Shown in pieces: positions 1 through 10,317 of a DNA stretch of 64,000 nucleotides. Numbering within the stretch: the first letter of the stretch is position 1; every line of letters begins with the position of its first letter. Below the pieces are notes generated by a model. It had not been told where the DNA came from and searched no databases. It was given only the letters and a program-made list of their open reading frames with translations. This DNA is from a virus. The stretch lies in the IMG/VR virus record IMGVR_UViG_3300031519_006853, positions 1-64,000 of that record, one strand, 5' to 3'. The translations under genes and the position numbers were made by a program.

Positions 1-41
1 ATGATAAAGCAGTAATAGAAGATTTAATTAAAACGTGTTAA

Positions 42-1286
42 ATGAAAAATGTTAAAAGAGTAGGTTTCTTTAAACTTGGTAAAGCGATTAAGTTTAATGA
101 AAATAGTTGGGGAGCAATCGGTGGAGATTGTGAACCTAAGCAACTGATAAATTCAATTGCAAAAAGAAATCCTAATATTGAATATTGGATATTAAGTCCA
201 AATGATTTAGGTAGAGTTAGAGCAAAGGAAAAACCAGCAGTTCAATCATTATTTGGAGATCCTGTTGTAGCAGAGTTAGCAGCAGAACCAAATATTCATG
301 AGTTTCATTCTAAAATGGAGAACAGAAAATCTGCTGATGAAACTGTAAAATTTATAAAAGAATTAGATTTAGATTTTATTTTCTTTTATACTGGACCATC
401 AAGTACAGTTAACATACCTAATTATATTAACAAGAAAGATGGCAATGGTCAAGTTAAATCATTAGACTTTTTTAAATATTATGCGGCTCCGATAATTCAA
501 GCGATGAATGAGTTGGAAAAGAAAGTACCGATTGTTGGTTTGCTTGTAGATAACCGATATGTATTAGCCTGTAAAGATTGGGGTATTAATAATAGGCCTA
601 CATATTACTTAGCTCAAAATAATTTTACAAAAGAAGAACAATATTTTTATCAACCACCATTAAGGGATGTTAAAACTATTACATCTACTTATGAATATTC
701 AGGAATTGAAACTGTCTTTCTTTTAGATAAGACTAGATATAACACCGATGAATTGTTTGAAATGAAAAAGACAAACTCATTTATGATGTTACAAAATCAA
801 GGAAAAGGTACAGGCGGAATGGACCGATGGGATCCTGTTAAAGATTATATTGTAGAGAATGATATAAAGACTGATATTTATGGTAAGTGGGATGATGAAT
901 TAAAAGAAAAATATCCAGATTGGTTTAAAGGAGAAAAAAGAATTGAATCAATGACAGATGAATTACTTTCTACTAAGTATACCTTCTGTGTACCTATTAA
1001 AGAAGGAATGGTAACCTCTAAGTATGCTGAAATGCTACACTATGGTATTATACCATTCTTACATCCATCTTACGATACTGAATTTAATGTCTTCCCTGAT
1101 GGTCATTTCATTAGATGCAAATCTCCAGAAGATTTAAAAAAGAAAGTAGAGTTTTTAAATGCAAACCCAGATCATTATAAAAAGCTCTTTTATAATCTCC
1201 AAGAAAAATACTTAAAAGATTCCTATTATACTGGAGAACATGTAGATAATAAAATCTGGGAAGCTTATAACAAAATAACAAAATAA
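42..1286 (+). CDS. GT-B glycosyltransferase, T4 beta-glucosyltransferase-like (putative DNA glycosyltransferase)
   Basis: C-terminal half (IYGKW...TSKYAEMLHYGIIPFLHPSYDTEF...FIRCKSPEDLKKKVEFL) parallels the T4 BGT C-domain; in an operon with an NDP-sugar epimerase and a C5-MTase-like gene. Confidence 0.65.
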   Translation: MKNVKRVGFFKLGKAIKFNENSWGAIGGDCEPKQLINSIAKRNPNIEYWILSPNDLGRVRAKEKPAVQSLFGDPVVAELAAEPNIHEFHSKMENRKSADETVKFIKELDLDFIFFYTGPSSTVNIPNYINKKDGNGQVKSLDFFKYYAAPIIQAMNELEKKVPIVGLLVDNRYVLACKDWGINNRPTYYLAQNNFTKEEQYFYQPPLRDVKTITSTYEYSGIETVFLLDKTRYNTDELFEMKKTNSFMMLQNQGKGTGGMDRWDPVKDYIVENDIKTDIYGKWDDELKEKYPDWFKGEKRIESMTDELLSTKYTFCVPIKEGMVTSKYAEMLHYGIIPFLHPSYDTEFNVFPDGHFIRCKSPEDLKKKVEFLNANPDHYKKLFYNLQEKYLKDSYYTGEHVDNKIWEAYNKITK

Positions 1287-1290
1287 AAAT

Positions 1291-2313
1291 ATGTATAATT
1301 CAGAAACAAAAATCCTAGTAACAGGCGGTGCCGGCTTTATTGGTACAAATTTTATTAATGATTTATTAAATAGGGGCCATAACCCAGACTGTATTGCAGT
1401 TGTTGATAATATGTCTAATGGTACTTATATACCTAAAGTCCATGATAAAATTAAAAATTTTAATAAAGTAGATATTAGAAATCAATATGTTGAAACTGTA
1501 ATCGAAAAATTTGCACCTGATTATGTATATCATTTTGCAGGGTGGGTTTCTATATATGATTGCAACGCAGATCCTTATGAAGCAGTAGATAACAATATCT
1601 TAGGAAGTATTAATGTAATGAACGGTTGTGTTAAAGCAAATGTAAAAAGAATTATTTTTAGTGAAACTTCAGCAGTATATGAAAATTGTAAAATGGGTGA
1701 TGAAGGTTATAATGAAACACAATCAGATCCTACTACAATTTATTCTACAACAAAGGCATGTCTTGCTTTATTAGCAGAATCATACCAAAGAACTAAAGGT
1801 TTAAATTATACTGCACTTAGATATTTTAATGTAGCAGGACCTTTGCAAGATTATCATAGAACAGTACCTCCAGTATTTGCTGGATTTATACTAAGAATAA
1901 TGGGTGGTCATAATCCTATAGTGTTTGGTGATTATAAAAAATCAAGAGATTATATTAATGTTGCTGATGTTAATGCATTCCATATTCTCTGTATGGAAAA
2001 TAAAGATACTGCAAATCAAACATTTAATTTAGGAACAGGTAAAATGACAAACTTATTAGATCTTAAAAACTTAATTGCTGATGAAATGGATGTAAGCGGT
2101 ATACCGTTTGATCATTATGATGCAATTGCAGGCGAAGCTGTATATTCTTTTGGAGATGTATCTAAAGCAAAATCTATGGGATGGGATCCTAAGAAAGATA
2201 TTGTTGATACGATAAAAGAAACTATTGACTATTTAAAAAATGAAGTTAAAGAAGGCACCATTAATCCATTAACATTTATGGAAGATTTAGAAATTGAAAA
2301 AGTAAAAATATGA
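1291..2313 (+). CDS. NAD-dependent nucleotide-sugar epimerase/dehydratase (extended SDR, GalE-like)
   Basis: VTGGAGFIG Rossmann motif, YSTTK (YxxxK), LRYFNVAGP. Confidence 0.92.
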   Translation: MYNSETKILVTGGAGFIGTNFINDLLNRGHNPDCIAVVDNMSNGTYIPKVHDKIKNFNKVDIRNQYVETVIEKFAPDYVYHFAGWVSIYDCNADPYEAVDNNILGSINVMNGCVKANVKRIIFSETSAVYENCKMGDEGYNETQSDPTTIYSTTKACLALLAESYQRTKGLNYTALRYFNVAGPLQDYHRTVPPVFAGFILRIMGGHNPIVFGDYKKSRDYINVADVNAFHILCMENKDTANQTFNLGTGKMTNLLDLKNLIADEMDVSGIPFDHYDAIAGEAVYSFGDVSKAKSMGWDPKKDIVDTIKETIDYLKNEVKEGTINPLTFMEDLEIEKVKI

Positions 2314-3578
2314 ACAAAGAAAAAGAATTAAAGTGGGGTACTATGATTCCGTTAATCGGAGGTAGTGCAATAGGTTGCAATAAAGCAACAGGTAATTTAC
2401 CAGCATTTCATTTAAGCTATGAAGCTTTTGCTGCTAATGAAAGCCATATAGAAGATTATTGGCCAGATGTACCTATGTATAGAATAGATCACGAAGAATT
2501 AGATATTCCTAATCAAACATTCGAACAGGTAGATTTTGTAAATTCTGTTTGTCCTTGTGCAGGTTTATCGCAGTTAAATTCTGCTAGTGGTAGCGCCTCA
2601 TCTAGAGGATCTGATGCGGTCCAAAATCAATGGATGTATAATTCAGCAGAGTATGTTTTGGAGAATGTTAAACCTAAAGTCTTATGGGGTGAAAATGCAC
2701 CAGGTCTTTTTACTAAAATGGGGCAAGGTGTTGTTGATAATCTTAAAGCTATCGGTGAAAAATATGGATATAGCTTTTCATTAATTAAAACTAATACTGA
2801 ACTACATGGAATACCACAAAGAAGAATAAGAACATTTTATTTCTTTTGGAATACACCAACAGTACCTTTATTAGGATGGAAGTTTAGAGAAAAGAAACAT
2901 CTTATAGATTATCTTAAAGAAGTACCAGAAGATGCAACACTACAAGATATGTTTATGGTTGAAGGTAAAGTAACTGATCATTATAAACCTTATGAATTTG
3001 TATTGGAAAAGGAAGGTTTAAATCATGCTGATTTTGCTAAGAAATTTGGTAAAGGTACGATTGCTCAATATTTAGAAAAGAATGATCTTTTAGATGAGTG
3101 TATTAATTGGTTAGATAAAAAATATCATAAACAAGGATTCTCTAATAAAAAATCAACAAAATCATTTGGTGATATGCTAGAACACCAGAAATATAAAACA
3201 AGCCAAGGCTTAGGTTATTGGGATGCTTCACCGCATTTCTTTAATGAAAGCTTTTCTGCTCTTATTGGTAGAAATATGTTTAATGGTGTACACCCAACAG
3301 AAAACAGATATCTAAACATTAGAGAAATGTTACACTTAATGGGATTACCATTAGACTTTGGAATTAAAGATGCTAGGCAAGTTAATCATATTGCTCAAAA
3401 TGTACCAGCAACAACTGCAATGGATATGGCAGTAGAAGTTAAAAAATTCTGTGAAGGTAAAGCTAAAATGACAAACTTTACTTTTATGAAGCAGGATAAT
3501 ACAAGTCAGAAAATCTTAGTAACGGAAGAGCTAGGTGCAATACCTAAAAAGAAGTATAAAGTTAAGAGTACTTTTTAA
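2310..3578 (+). CDS. DNA cytosine-C5 methyltransferase-fold protein with atypical SAM-binding motif I
   Basis: Motif IV CPCAGLS (Cys83), VI ENAPGL, VIII GIPQRRIR, IX RYLNIREMLHLMGLP, X IAQNVP; motif I is IPLIGG instead of FxGxGG. Confidence 0.85.
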   Translation: MNKEKELKWGTMIPLIGGSAIGCNKATGNLPAFHLSYEAFAANESHIEDYWPDVPMYRIDHEELDIPNQTFEQVDFVNSVCPCAGLSQLNSASGSASSRGSDAVQNQWMYNSAEYVLENVKPKVLWGENAPGLFTKMGQGVVDNLKAIGEKYGYSFSLIKTNTELHGIPQRRIRTFYFFWNTPTVPLLGWKFREKKHLIDYLKEVPEDATLQDMFMVEGKVTDHYKPYEFVLEKEGLNHADFAKKFGKGTIAQYLEKNDLLDECINWLDKKYHKQGFSNKKSTKSFGDMLEHQKYKTSQGLGYWDASPHFFNESFSALIGRNMFNGVHPTENRYLNIREMLHLMGLPLDFGIKDARQVNHIAQNVPATTAMDMAVEVKKFCEGKAKMTNFTFMKQDNTSQKILVTEELGAIPKKKYKVKSTF

Positions 3579-3625
3579 AACTAAATTAAATTAATGCATA
3601 TAACAATAAACAAATAATAAATTCA

Positions 3626-4375
3626 ATGGAAGCAACTATTAAAAAAATTGACGGTTACGAATTAAGTACATTCGTCAAAAAACTTTTACCGATTGATAAA
3701 TTCATTTTTATGAAAATTGGAAAGGAAGGAACCGTTTCATCTGTATACTTCCCAGAAAGGGACGCAGTGAAACTAGTATCAACACCAACATCAGATATCT
3801 TTGATACTGACATTACTGATCCAGTAAAAGTTAGTTTTTATAATGGTACTAAAGTGATTGATGCATTAGCTCATTTTAATGGAGATGTACAAGGTAAAAT
3901 TAAATACTCTGAGATTGATGGAGAATTAATGGCAAGTGATTTTACTTTAGAAAATGAAGATCTTCAAATTAACTTAGCATGTGCAGATCCATCTTTATCT
4001 TTTATGGAAATGAGTAAAGAAGAAACCGATCGTGCATTTAGTGTTGACGGAAGTATATTTCAATTTGATCTTTTAACAACTCATGTAGATAAAATGAAAT
4101 CTCTATTTAATTTAGAAAGAGAAGAAGATACATTTACATTAACAGTAACAGATAAAGGAATTGCCGTGCAAGGACTTTCATATGATGCAACATTATCGCA
4201 TTCGTATGAAGGTGAAAATGCAATAGACCAAAAGGTAGTAATTTACAAAAAATATATTAACCTTTTAGATAAAGAAAACTATAAAGTGGTAGTTTGTAAT
4301 AATAAAGTTGTATTTAGATCTTTAGATACCAACACTCACTTAACTGTCGCAGTTGCGATTACTGACGAGGATTAA
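3626..4375 (+). CDS. Putative DNA polymerase sliding clamp (gp45-like)
   Basis: About 250 aa, acidic, two-domain beta-rich pattern, ACADPS motif at mid-protein, lies just upstream of the polymerase gene. Confidence 0.6.
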   Translation: MEATIKKIDGYELSTFVKKLLPIDKFIFMKIGKEGTVSSVYFPERDAVKLVSTPTSDIFDTDITDPVKVSFYNGTKVIDALAHFNGDVQGKIKYSEIDGELMASDFTLENEDLQINLACADPSLSFMEMSKEETDRAFSVDGSIFQFDLLTTHVDKMKSLFNLEREEDTFTLTVTDKGIAVQGLSYDATLSHSYEGENAIDQKVVIYKKYINLLDKENYKVVVCNNKVVFRSLDTNTHLTVAVAITDED

Positions 4376-4398
4376 TTTTAAATATCCTTAATCTAAAC

Positions 4399-4440
4399 AA
4401 AAGGCCTCCTATCCAATTAAGGAAACAGGAGGCCTTTTTC
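4399..4440 (+). terminator. Rho-independent terminator
   Basis: aaaaggcctcct (4399-4410) / aggaggcctttt (4427-4438) inverted repeat ending in a T tract. Confidence 0.85.
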
Positions 4441-4443
4441 TTA

Positions 4444-4470
4444 AAACTTTTTATAGTTTTTAGCATATAA
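4444..4470 (+). promoter_or_regulatory. Putative middle-class promoter AAAC-N16-CATATAA (one of 13 copies)
   Basis: Recurring bipartite motif upstream of replication genes; see finding. Confidence 0.65.
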
Positions 4471-4486
4471 AAATAAAAAATAAATT

Positions 4487-4726
4487 ATGGCATACATAAG
4501 TAAAACCGGATTAAAGGTAAGTATAGGTAAAAAGAATGGTCAAGAAACTATTGAATTTATAGAATTTGATACTAGGTACCAAGATACTTATATTCAATAC
4601 ATCACAGAGTATTTTAACCCTGTAATAGGTATATATGATGAAAGCAAAACCCAAATATATTTTGAAGGTAATGATACTTTGCTAATTGATCAAGCCTTTG
4701 CAGTAACCTCAGGTGAATTAACATAA
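4487..4726 (+). CDS. Hypothetical protein
   Basis: 79-aa ORF with promoter and A-rich leader, abutting polB. Confidence 0.6.
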   Translation: MAYISKTGLKVSIGKKNGQETIEFIEFDTRYQDTYIQYITEYFNPVIGIYDESKTQIYFEGNDTLLIDQAFAVTSGELT

Positions 4727-4727
4727 T

Positions 4728-5852
4728 ATGACAGAAACTACTGAGTTACAACAAATTAATAAAGAGGCTAGTAAATTTTATAATTATGAACAGGCCGTTA
4801 AGTTAATGCTTAATTCTATATACGGTGCATTTGGTAATCCTTACTTTTATTTCTTTAATATAGACATTGCAGAAACAATAACTTTACAAGGTAAAGATGC
4901 TATTCTTTATACCGAGGAATTATTAAATAGATATTTTAGATTGTATTGGCATAAAGATATTGCTGCTCATAAAGAAATGGGTATTACTGTTACCGGTAAA
5001 ATTGAAAATCCAGTAGGTATTTATATTGATACAGATTCAGTTTATGTTAAGTTTGATGAAGTCATTGCAAAATCAGAAGGTTTTGATGGCGATGATAAGG
5101 AATTTATTTTAAAGTTATATAAGTGTAGAGTAAATGGTTATTTAGAAAAAATTCTCCAAAGATATGCTGATGATAATAATTCAGAAAACTTTTTATCTTT
5201 TGAATTAGAAAGTATTGCTAAAAATGCAATATGGTTAGCAAAGAAAAAGTACATGCAAAATATTGTATGGAAAGATCCAGATATTCATTATGAAGATTTA
5301 TCCAAAATTAGTTCTAAAGGGTTTGAAATTATTCAATCTTCAACTCCAATATTTGCTAGAGAAAAACTAAAAGATTTATTAACATACATTTTTTCTGTGG
5401 AAAAATTAGATATGAAAGCTTTTGCTGCATTATTAAAAGATATTAAAAGGCAATTTAAATTAGCTAATGTAGACCAAATCTGTTTTTCTAGAAAAGTAAA
5501 TAATTATCAAAAATATATTGTTAATGATTATGAAGCTTTTGAATTTGGATCAAGATGTCCAATTGGTGTAAGGTCCGCAGGTTATCATAATTATTTATTA
5601 AACAACTCTTCATCTAAAGGCAAGTATCAACCTTTAGGAAATGGTGAAAAATGTAAAATGTACTTTTCTAAAGATAAATCTTGTGATGTCTTTGCATTCG
5701 CACCAGGTGATTATCCTTATGAGTTTGCACCAGAAATTGATCATGATAGACAATTTGAAAAAACAATACTAGATCCAATTAATCGTGTTGTTACAGCAAT
5801 GGGATTTAAAGCATTTAATAGAAATCTTATTTATACCACGAGTTTATTTTAA
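4728..5852 (+). CDS. gp43: Family B DNA polymerase, C-terminal subunit (split gp43)
   Basis: Motif B KLMLNSIYG, motif C YIDTDS, KKKY and KGFE motifs; no exonuclease domain or motif A. Confidence 0.92.
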   Translation: MTETTELQQINKEASKFYNYEQAVKLMLNSIYGAFGNPYFYFFNIDIAETITLQGKDAILYTEELLNRYFRLYWHKDIAAHKEMGITVTGKIENPVGIYIDTDSVYVKFDEVIAKSEGFDGDDKEFILKLYKCRVNGYLEKILQRYADDNNSENFLSFELESIAKNAIWLAKKKYMQNIVWKDPDIHYEDLSKISSKGFEIIQSSTPIFAREKLKDLLTYIFSVEKLDMKAFAALLKDIKRQFKLANVDQICFSRKVNNYQKYIVNDYEAFEFGSRCPIGVRSAGYHNYLLNNSSSKGKYQPLGNGEKCKMYFSKDKSCDVFAFAPGDYPYEFAPEIDHDRQFEKTILDPINRVVTAMGFKAFNRNLIYTTSLF

Positions 5853-5899
5853 AGTAAACAAAAAGCAAAAAATACATATAATAATAAATAGAAAACAAC

Positions 5900-7108
5900 A
5901 TGGCAAAAGAATTCTCATTCGCAGATTTAAATAAAGAAATGTCAAAGATATCCGAATACGGAGAGACTTTAGACAAATCAACAATTTCAGAAATTGATCA
6001 TTATATTCCTACTGGGAATTATCATCTTAATGCATGTCTAACTGGATCTTTATTCGGAGGTTATCCAAATAATAGAGCAGTTGCATTAGCAGGACCTTCT
6101 GGTACAGGAAAAACATATCTTATTTTAAATGCAATTAAACAAGCACAAAAACAAGGTTATAGTATTGTATTTTATGATTCAGAAAATGCAGTAGACAAAT
6201 CTTTAGTAGAAAAGTTTGGAATTGATGCTTCAAAATTTAGATATGAACCATGTAATACAGTTCAAGAATTTAGAAGTTCAGTAACTGCAATTACTGATGT
6301 ATTAATTGAACAAAAGAAAAAGGGTATTGCATTGCCAAAAATAATGGTAGTTTTAGATTCTGCTGGTAACCTTGCAACTCAAAAAGAAATTGATGATGCA
6401 AAGACTGGAAGTAGTAAAGCAGATATGACAAGAGCTAAACTTTTAAAATCTACTTTTAGAATTATTATGACTCAATTTGGAATTTGTAAAATTCCATTCT
6501 TATTTACAAACCATACTTACCAAACACAAGATCTGTTTTCAAGGCAAGTTGGTGGAGGTGGTACTGGGCCAGAGTATGCAGCATCAATTATTTTGTTTTT
6601 AGGTAAAGCTAAACTTAAAGAAGGTATTGAGCAAACCGGTATTATTGTAACTGCTAAACCAAATAAAAATAGATTTGCAAAACCAACAAATATTAAATTT
6701 CATATTTCTTTTAATAAAGGTATGAATCCTTATGTAGGATTAGAAGAATACATAGGATGGGATATCTGTGGTATTGAAAGAGGAAGATTTATTACCGAAG
6801 GTGCTTTTAATAAATTACCAGATCCAGGTAAAGCTGATTGTAGAAAACATTCGTTTACTAAAGATAAAAAAGAAATTACAGTTTATTTTCAACCATCGCC
6901 TACTGCTCGTAAGATATGTGTTAAACACTTAAATGATGCAGTAGATCTTAGTCAATTATATACCCCTCAGGTTTTAACTGAAGATGTATTAAAATTAATA
7001 GAACCTCAGGTAGTTGCTAAATTTAATTATGGTGATGAATTAGAGCAAGAAGAATTATCAGACATAATTACAGAAACAACAGTTGATGATGTTACCGAAA
7101 ACTCTTAA
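5900..7108 (+). CDS. uvsX: RecA-like recombinase UvsX
   Basis: Walker A GPSGTGKT, YDSENA, VLDSAGNL, GGGGTGPEYAAS, KNRFAKP. Confidence 0.93.
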   Translation: MAKEFSFADLNKEMSKISEYGETLDKSTISEIDHYIPTGNYHLNACLTGSLFGGYPNNRAVALAGPSGTGKTYLILNAIKQAQKQGYSIVFYDSENAVDKSLVEKFGIDASKFRYEPCNTVQEFRSSVTAITDVLIEQKKKGIALPKIMVVLDSAGNLATQKEIDDAKTGSSKADMTRAKLLKSTFRIIMTQFGICKIPFLFTNHTYQTQDLFSRQVGGGGTGPEYAASIILFLGKAKLKEGIEQTGIIVTAKPNKNRFAKPTNIKFHISFNKGMNPYVGLEEYIGWDICGIERGRFITEGAFNKLPDPGKADCRKHSFTKDKKEITVYFQPSPTARKICVKHLNDAVDLSQLYTPQVLTEDVLKLIEPQVVAKFNYGDELEQEELSDIITETTVDDVTENS

Positions 7109-7388
7109 TACAGCAAAGCTTAAAGTAAAGTATGTATTAGGAAATCACACAACATTACCACATTACCCTGATACTGAAGATATACTTTTTGAATTAATAC
7201 GTGATTATTGTGGTAAAGTTGCTAAAGAGATTAAATTTACAGATATCTCAATGGCTAAAAGATGGAATTTATCTAAAGAAGAATGTAATATTCTTTTAAA
7301 GGAATTATTAAAGCATAAGTTTTTGGAAATATCTTTACAAAATTCTGCTTATACTACTTATGAAGTAATTTATAATCCATACCAATAA
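7083..7388 (+). CDS. Hypothetical protein, possible winged-helix
   Basis: Helix-rich ORF ending in a beta-hairpin-like TTYEV; start may be 7086 or 7089. Confidence 0.5.
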   Translation: MMMLPKTLNTAKLKVKYVLGNHTTLPHYPDTEDILFELIRDYCGKVAKEIKFTDISMAKRWNLSKEECNILLKELLKHKFLEISLQNSAYTTYEVIYNPYQ

Positions 7389-7426
7389 AACTAATTATGT
7401 TTTTTAGCATATAAAAATAAAACTAC

Positions 7427-8713
7427 ATGAAATCAAGTATAGATCACGAAAAGATTTTCTTTAACTATTTTTTAACAAAACCACATTATCTGAAAGGGAC
7501 AGGTAATGGGTTTTTTGCTAATAGAGATTTAGATCAGATTGCAAAGTTATCAAAAGCATTTTATTTAAAATTTGGCGAAAGCCCATCTAAACAACAGATG
7601 TCAGCTTTAGTTAAGGATGATCCTAATGAAATATCACAGGATATTGTAAAATCTATTTATGATATTAATATAAATGAATATGATCAGGATTGGTTAAAGA
7701 GAACTGGTGAAGCATGGGTTAAATGGAAACATTTTGATAAACAATTAGTAAGAACAATTGAATATGTAAAAACTCAAGATGTATCACCAGAAAATGTAGA
7801 AGATGTAGTTCAGCGTGCAATAGGAATGATTTCAACTGATGGTTCAATTAATTTTGATACTGATACTGGTTTAGATTTCTTTAATCCTGAATCACATATA
7901 CAAAGAACATCAAAGAAAATAGAAACTGGGTGGTCTTTCGTAGACAGAGTATCAGGTGGAGGTTATGATACAAAATCTTTAATCGTTTATGCAGGTGAAC
8001 AAAATATTGGTAAATCTATATGGTTAGCTAATGACGCAGCTAATTTTGTTAAGATGGGCCATAACGTAGTTTTCATTACAGCTGAGATGTCAGCTCAAAA
8101 AGTATTAAAAAGAATAGGAGCTAATCTTTTACATGTACCAATGAGTGAATATGATAAACATTCAGGTAATAGAGATTATATGAAAAGGAAGTTGGAAAAA
8201 GTATCAAGAGGTTTATTACCTCCTGGTAAATTATTTGTAAAAGAATATCCAACTTCACAAGGAACTATACCAGATATAGAATCTTACTTAAAAGATTTAG
8301 AAGAATCAACAGATCATAAAGTAAATGTATTAGTTGTAGATTATATTAATATTCTTGCAAATTATAGAAATCCTAATACTGAAAATACTTATATGAAGAT
8401 TAAGCAGATTGCAGAAGATCTTAGAGCATTAGCAGTTAAAAGAGATATGTTAGTAATATCTGCAACTCAAATTAATCGTGGTGCATGGGATGCAACTGAA
8501 GTAAGAATGGAAAACATTGCAGAATCTGCAGGTCTTGCGCATACTGCTGATGTAATGTATGCATTAATACAAGATTCAGTAATGCACGCCGAACGTGAAT
8601 ATTGGTTAAAGGTTTTAAAAATTAGAGATGGTCAAGGAAAGGGCTCAAGATGTAGATTTAACATTGACTATGAACATATGAGATTAACGGAAACTGATGA
8701 TATATCAGGGTAA
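7427..8713 (+). CDS. gp41: Replicative DnaB-like helicase (gp41)
   Basis: AGEQNIGKS Walker A, ITAEMS, VVDYINI, SATQINR, IAESAG. Confidence 0.93.
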   Translation: MKSSIDHEKIFFNYFLTKPHYLKGTGNGFFANRDLDQIAKLSKAFYLKFGESPSKQQMSALVKDDPNEISQDIVKSIYDININEYDQDWLKRTGEAWVKWKHFDKQLVRTIEYVKTQDVSPENVEDVVQRAIGMISTDGSINFDTDTGLDFFNPESHIQRTSKKIETGWSFVDRVSGGGYDTKSLIVYAGEQNIGKSIWLANDAANFVKMGHNVVFITAEMSAQKVLKRIGANLLHVPMSEYDKHSGNRDYMKRKLEKVSRGLLPPGKLFVKEYPTSQGTIPDIESYLKDLEESTDHKVNVLVVDYINILANYRNPNTENTYMKIKQIAEDLRALAVKRDMLVISATQINRGAWDATEVRMENIAESAGLAHTADVMYALIQDSVMHAEREYWLKVLKIRDGQGKGSRCRFNIDYEHMRLTETDDISG

Positions 8714-8732
8714 CATAAAAATATAAAATAAT

Positions 8733-9227
8733 ATGTGGGGAAAAAAGAAAAAACCTTTATCTAAAGGTGAAGACGATAAAAAATCAAAGTTTGTAGAAAA
8801 AGATAAGATCTTTAATAATACATACGGTGAGCAAGACTTAGGTGGTCAAAAGATAAATTTTACAGTTTCAGCTTCATGGTTAGATGGGATGGATCCTGAT
8901 GATAAGCAACATTATGATTCATTATTTGAAGTAATTGATAGATTAATTAAAGGTAGTGAGTTTGAACATCTTAATGAAGCAACACCTGACGGTGTAATAA
9001 AGAAATTGAATAAAGTACAAATTAATAAAGTATTCTTTTTTATAATAGAAAAGACTGGAACATCATATACTAGAATAGATTTATTTAGTGTTCTTTCTGA
9101 TTACTTTGATGTATTCCCTAATAAGTTTTATAATTCATTATCTAATAAATTTAAAGATGAATTAATCGAAGAGTTAGATAAAAAATACAATATTTTAGAA
9201 AAAAGAAAAATCAGAAAATTATTTTAA
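8733..9227 (+). CDS. Hypothetical protein
   Basis: Intact ORF coupled between the helicase and gp47. Confidence 0.65.
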   Translation: MWGKKKKPLSKGEDDKKSKFVEKDKIFNNTYGEQDLGGQKINFTVSASWLDGMDPDDKQHYDSLFEVIDRLIKGSEFEHLNEATPDGVIKKLNKVQINKVFFFIIEKTGTSYTRIDLFSVLSDYFDVFPNKFYNSLSNKFKDELIEELDKKYNILEKRKIRKLF

Positions 9228-9228
9228 T

Positions 9229-10317
9229 ATGACAAAAAGAATATGGATGGTATCCGATTCTCATTTAGGCTGCAGGTCAAATTCTGTCTTGTGGCTTCAG
9301 ATTATTGAAGATTACTTTTTTGATTTTTTCATACCTTTAGTAAAAAAAGAATATAAAGAAGGTGATGTTCTTTATCATCTAGGAGATGTTTTTGATAATA
9401 GGCAGAGTGTTAATTTAGCTGCACAAGATTTAGCAATTAGAGTATTTGAAAAACTTGGAGAAATATTTCCAGATATTCATATCATTGTAGGTAATCATGA
9501 TATAATGAGAAAAAACTCAAATGAAATATCATCGGTTGATTGTTTAAAATATTTACCTAATGTAAATGTATTAAAAGAACCTAAGATATTAAAGTATAAA
9601 GATGCTAATTGTTTATTAATGCCGTGGAGAAGAAACCATGAACATGAAATAGAAACTTTAGATAATATTAAAGATAAGATAGATTATATGTTTTGTCATA
9701 CTGAAACTCGAGGTGTTCAGATCAGCCCTAGTACAAAACATTTACATGACGGTGGTAATGAGGTAGGTATATTTAAAAGATTTAAAAGAGTTTACTCAGG
9801 TCATATTCATTATAGACAAGATAAAGAAAATTTTGTTTTAGTTGGAAATCCTTATCAGATGACAAGATCAGATAGAGATAATCAAAAAGGAATTTACTTA
9901 TTAGATTTAGAAAGTGGTAATCATACATTTTTTGAAAATAAATTAAGTCCAGTATTTCTTAGGTATTATATTAATGAAATATTAGAAATGAGAATGGAAG
10001 ATATTGAAAAAGAAATTAAAAATAATTTTGTAGATATCTTTATTCCTTCAAATGTTTTAGGAAAGTATAATATTAATATGTTTATGGATTACCTTGACGG
10101 TTTAGCTAGAAAATTAGAACCAAGAATTTATGATGAAGAAAATCCTTATGATAGGGAAGATGGTGAAATGTCAGATTTTAACGGTGAATTAAATTTAATG
10201 AATATAGCAGCCGAGCATATTAATTCTTTAGATTATGATGATGATTTAAAGGAAAGGTTAAAGGTATCAGTACAAGAATTATATAAAAGAACATTATCTC
10301 CTAACTATGAAGATTAA
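9229..10317 (+). CDS. gp47: Mre11/SbcD-like recombination nuclease (gp47)
   Basis: SDSHLG, HLGDVFD, VGNHD, FCH, SGHIH metallophosphoesterase motifs intact; paired with gp46. Confidence 0.92.
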   Translation: MTKRIWMVSDSHLGCRSNSVLWLQIIEDYFFDFFIPLVKKEYKEGDVLYHLGDVFDNRQSVNLAAQDLAIRVFEKLGEIFPDIHIIVGNHDIMRKNSNEISSVDCLKYLPNVNVLKEPKILKYKDANCLLMPWRRNHEHEIETLDNIKDKIDYMFCHTETRGVQISPSTKHLHDGGNEVGIFKRFKRVYSGHIHYRQDKENFVLVGNPYQMTRSDRDNQKGIYLLDLESGNHTFFENKLSPVFLRYYINEILEMRMEDIEKEIKNNFVDIFIPSNVLGKYNINMFMDYLDGLARKLEPRIYDEENPYDREDGEMSDFNGELNLMNIAAEHINSLDYDDDLKERLKVSVQELYKRTLSPNYED

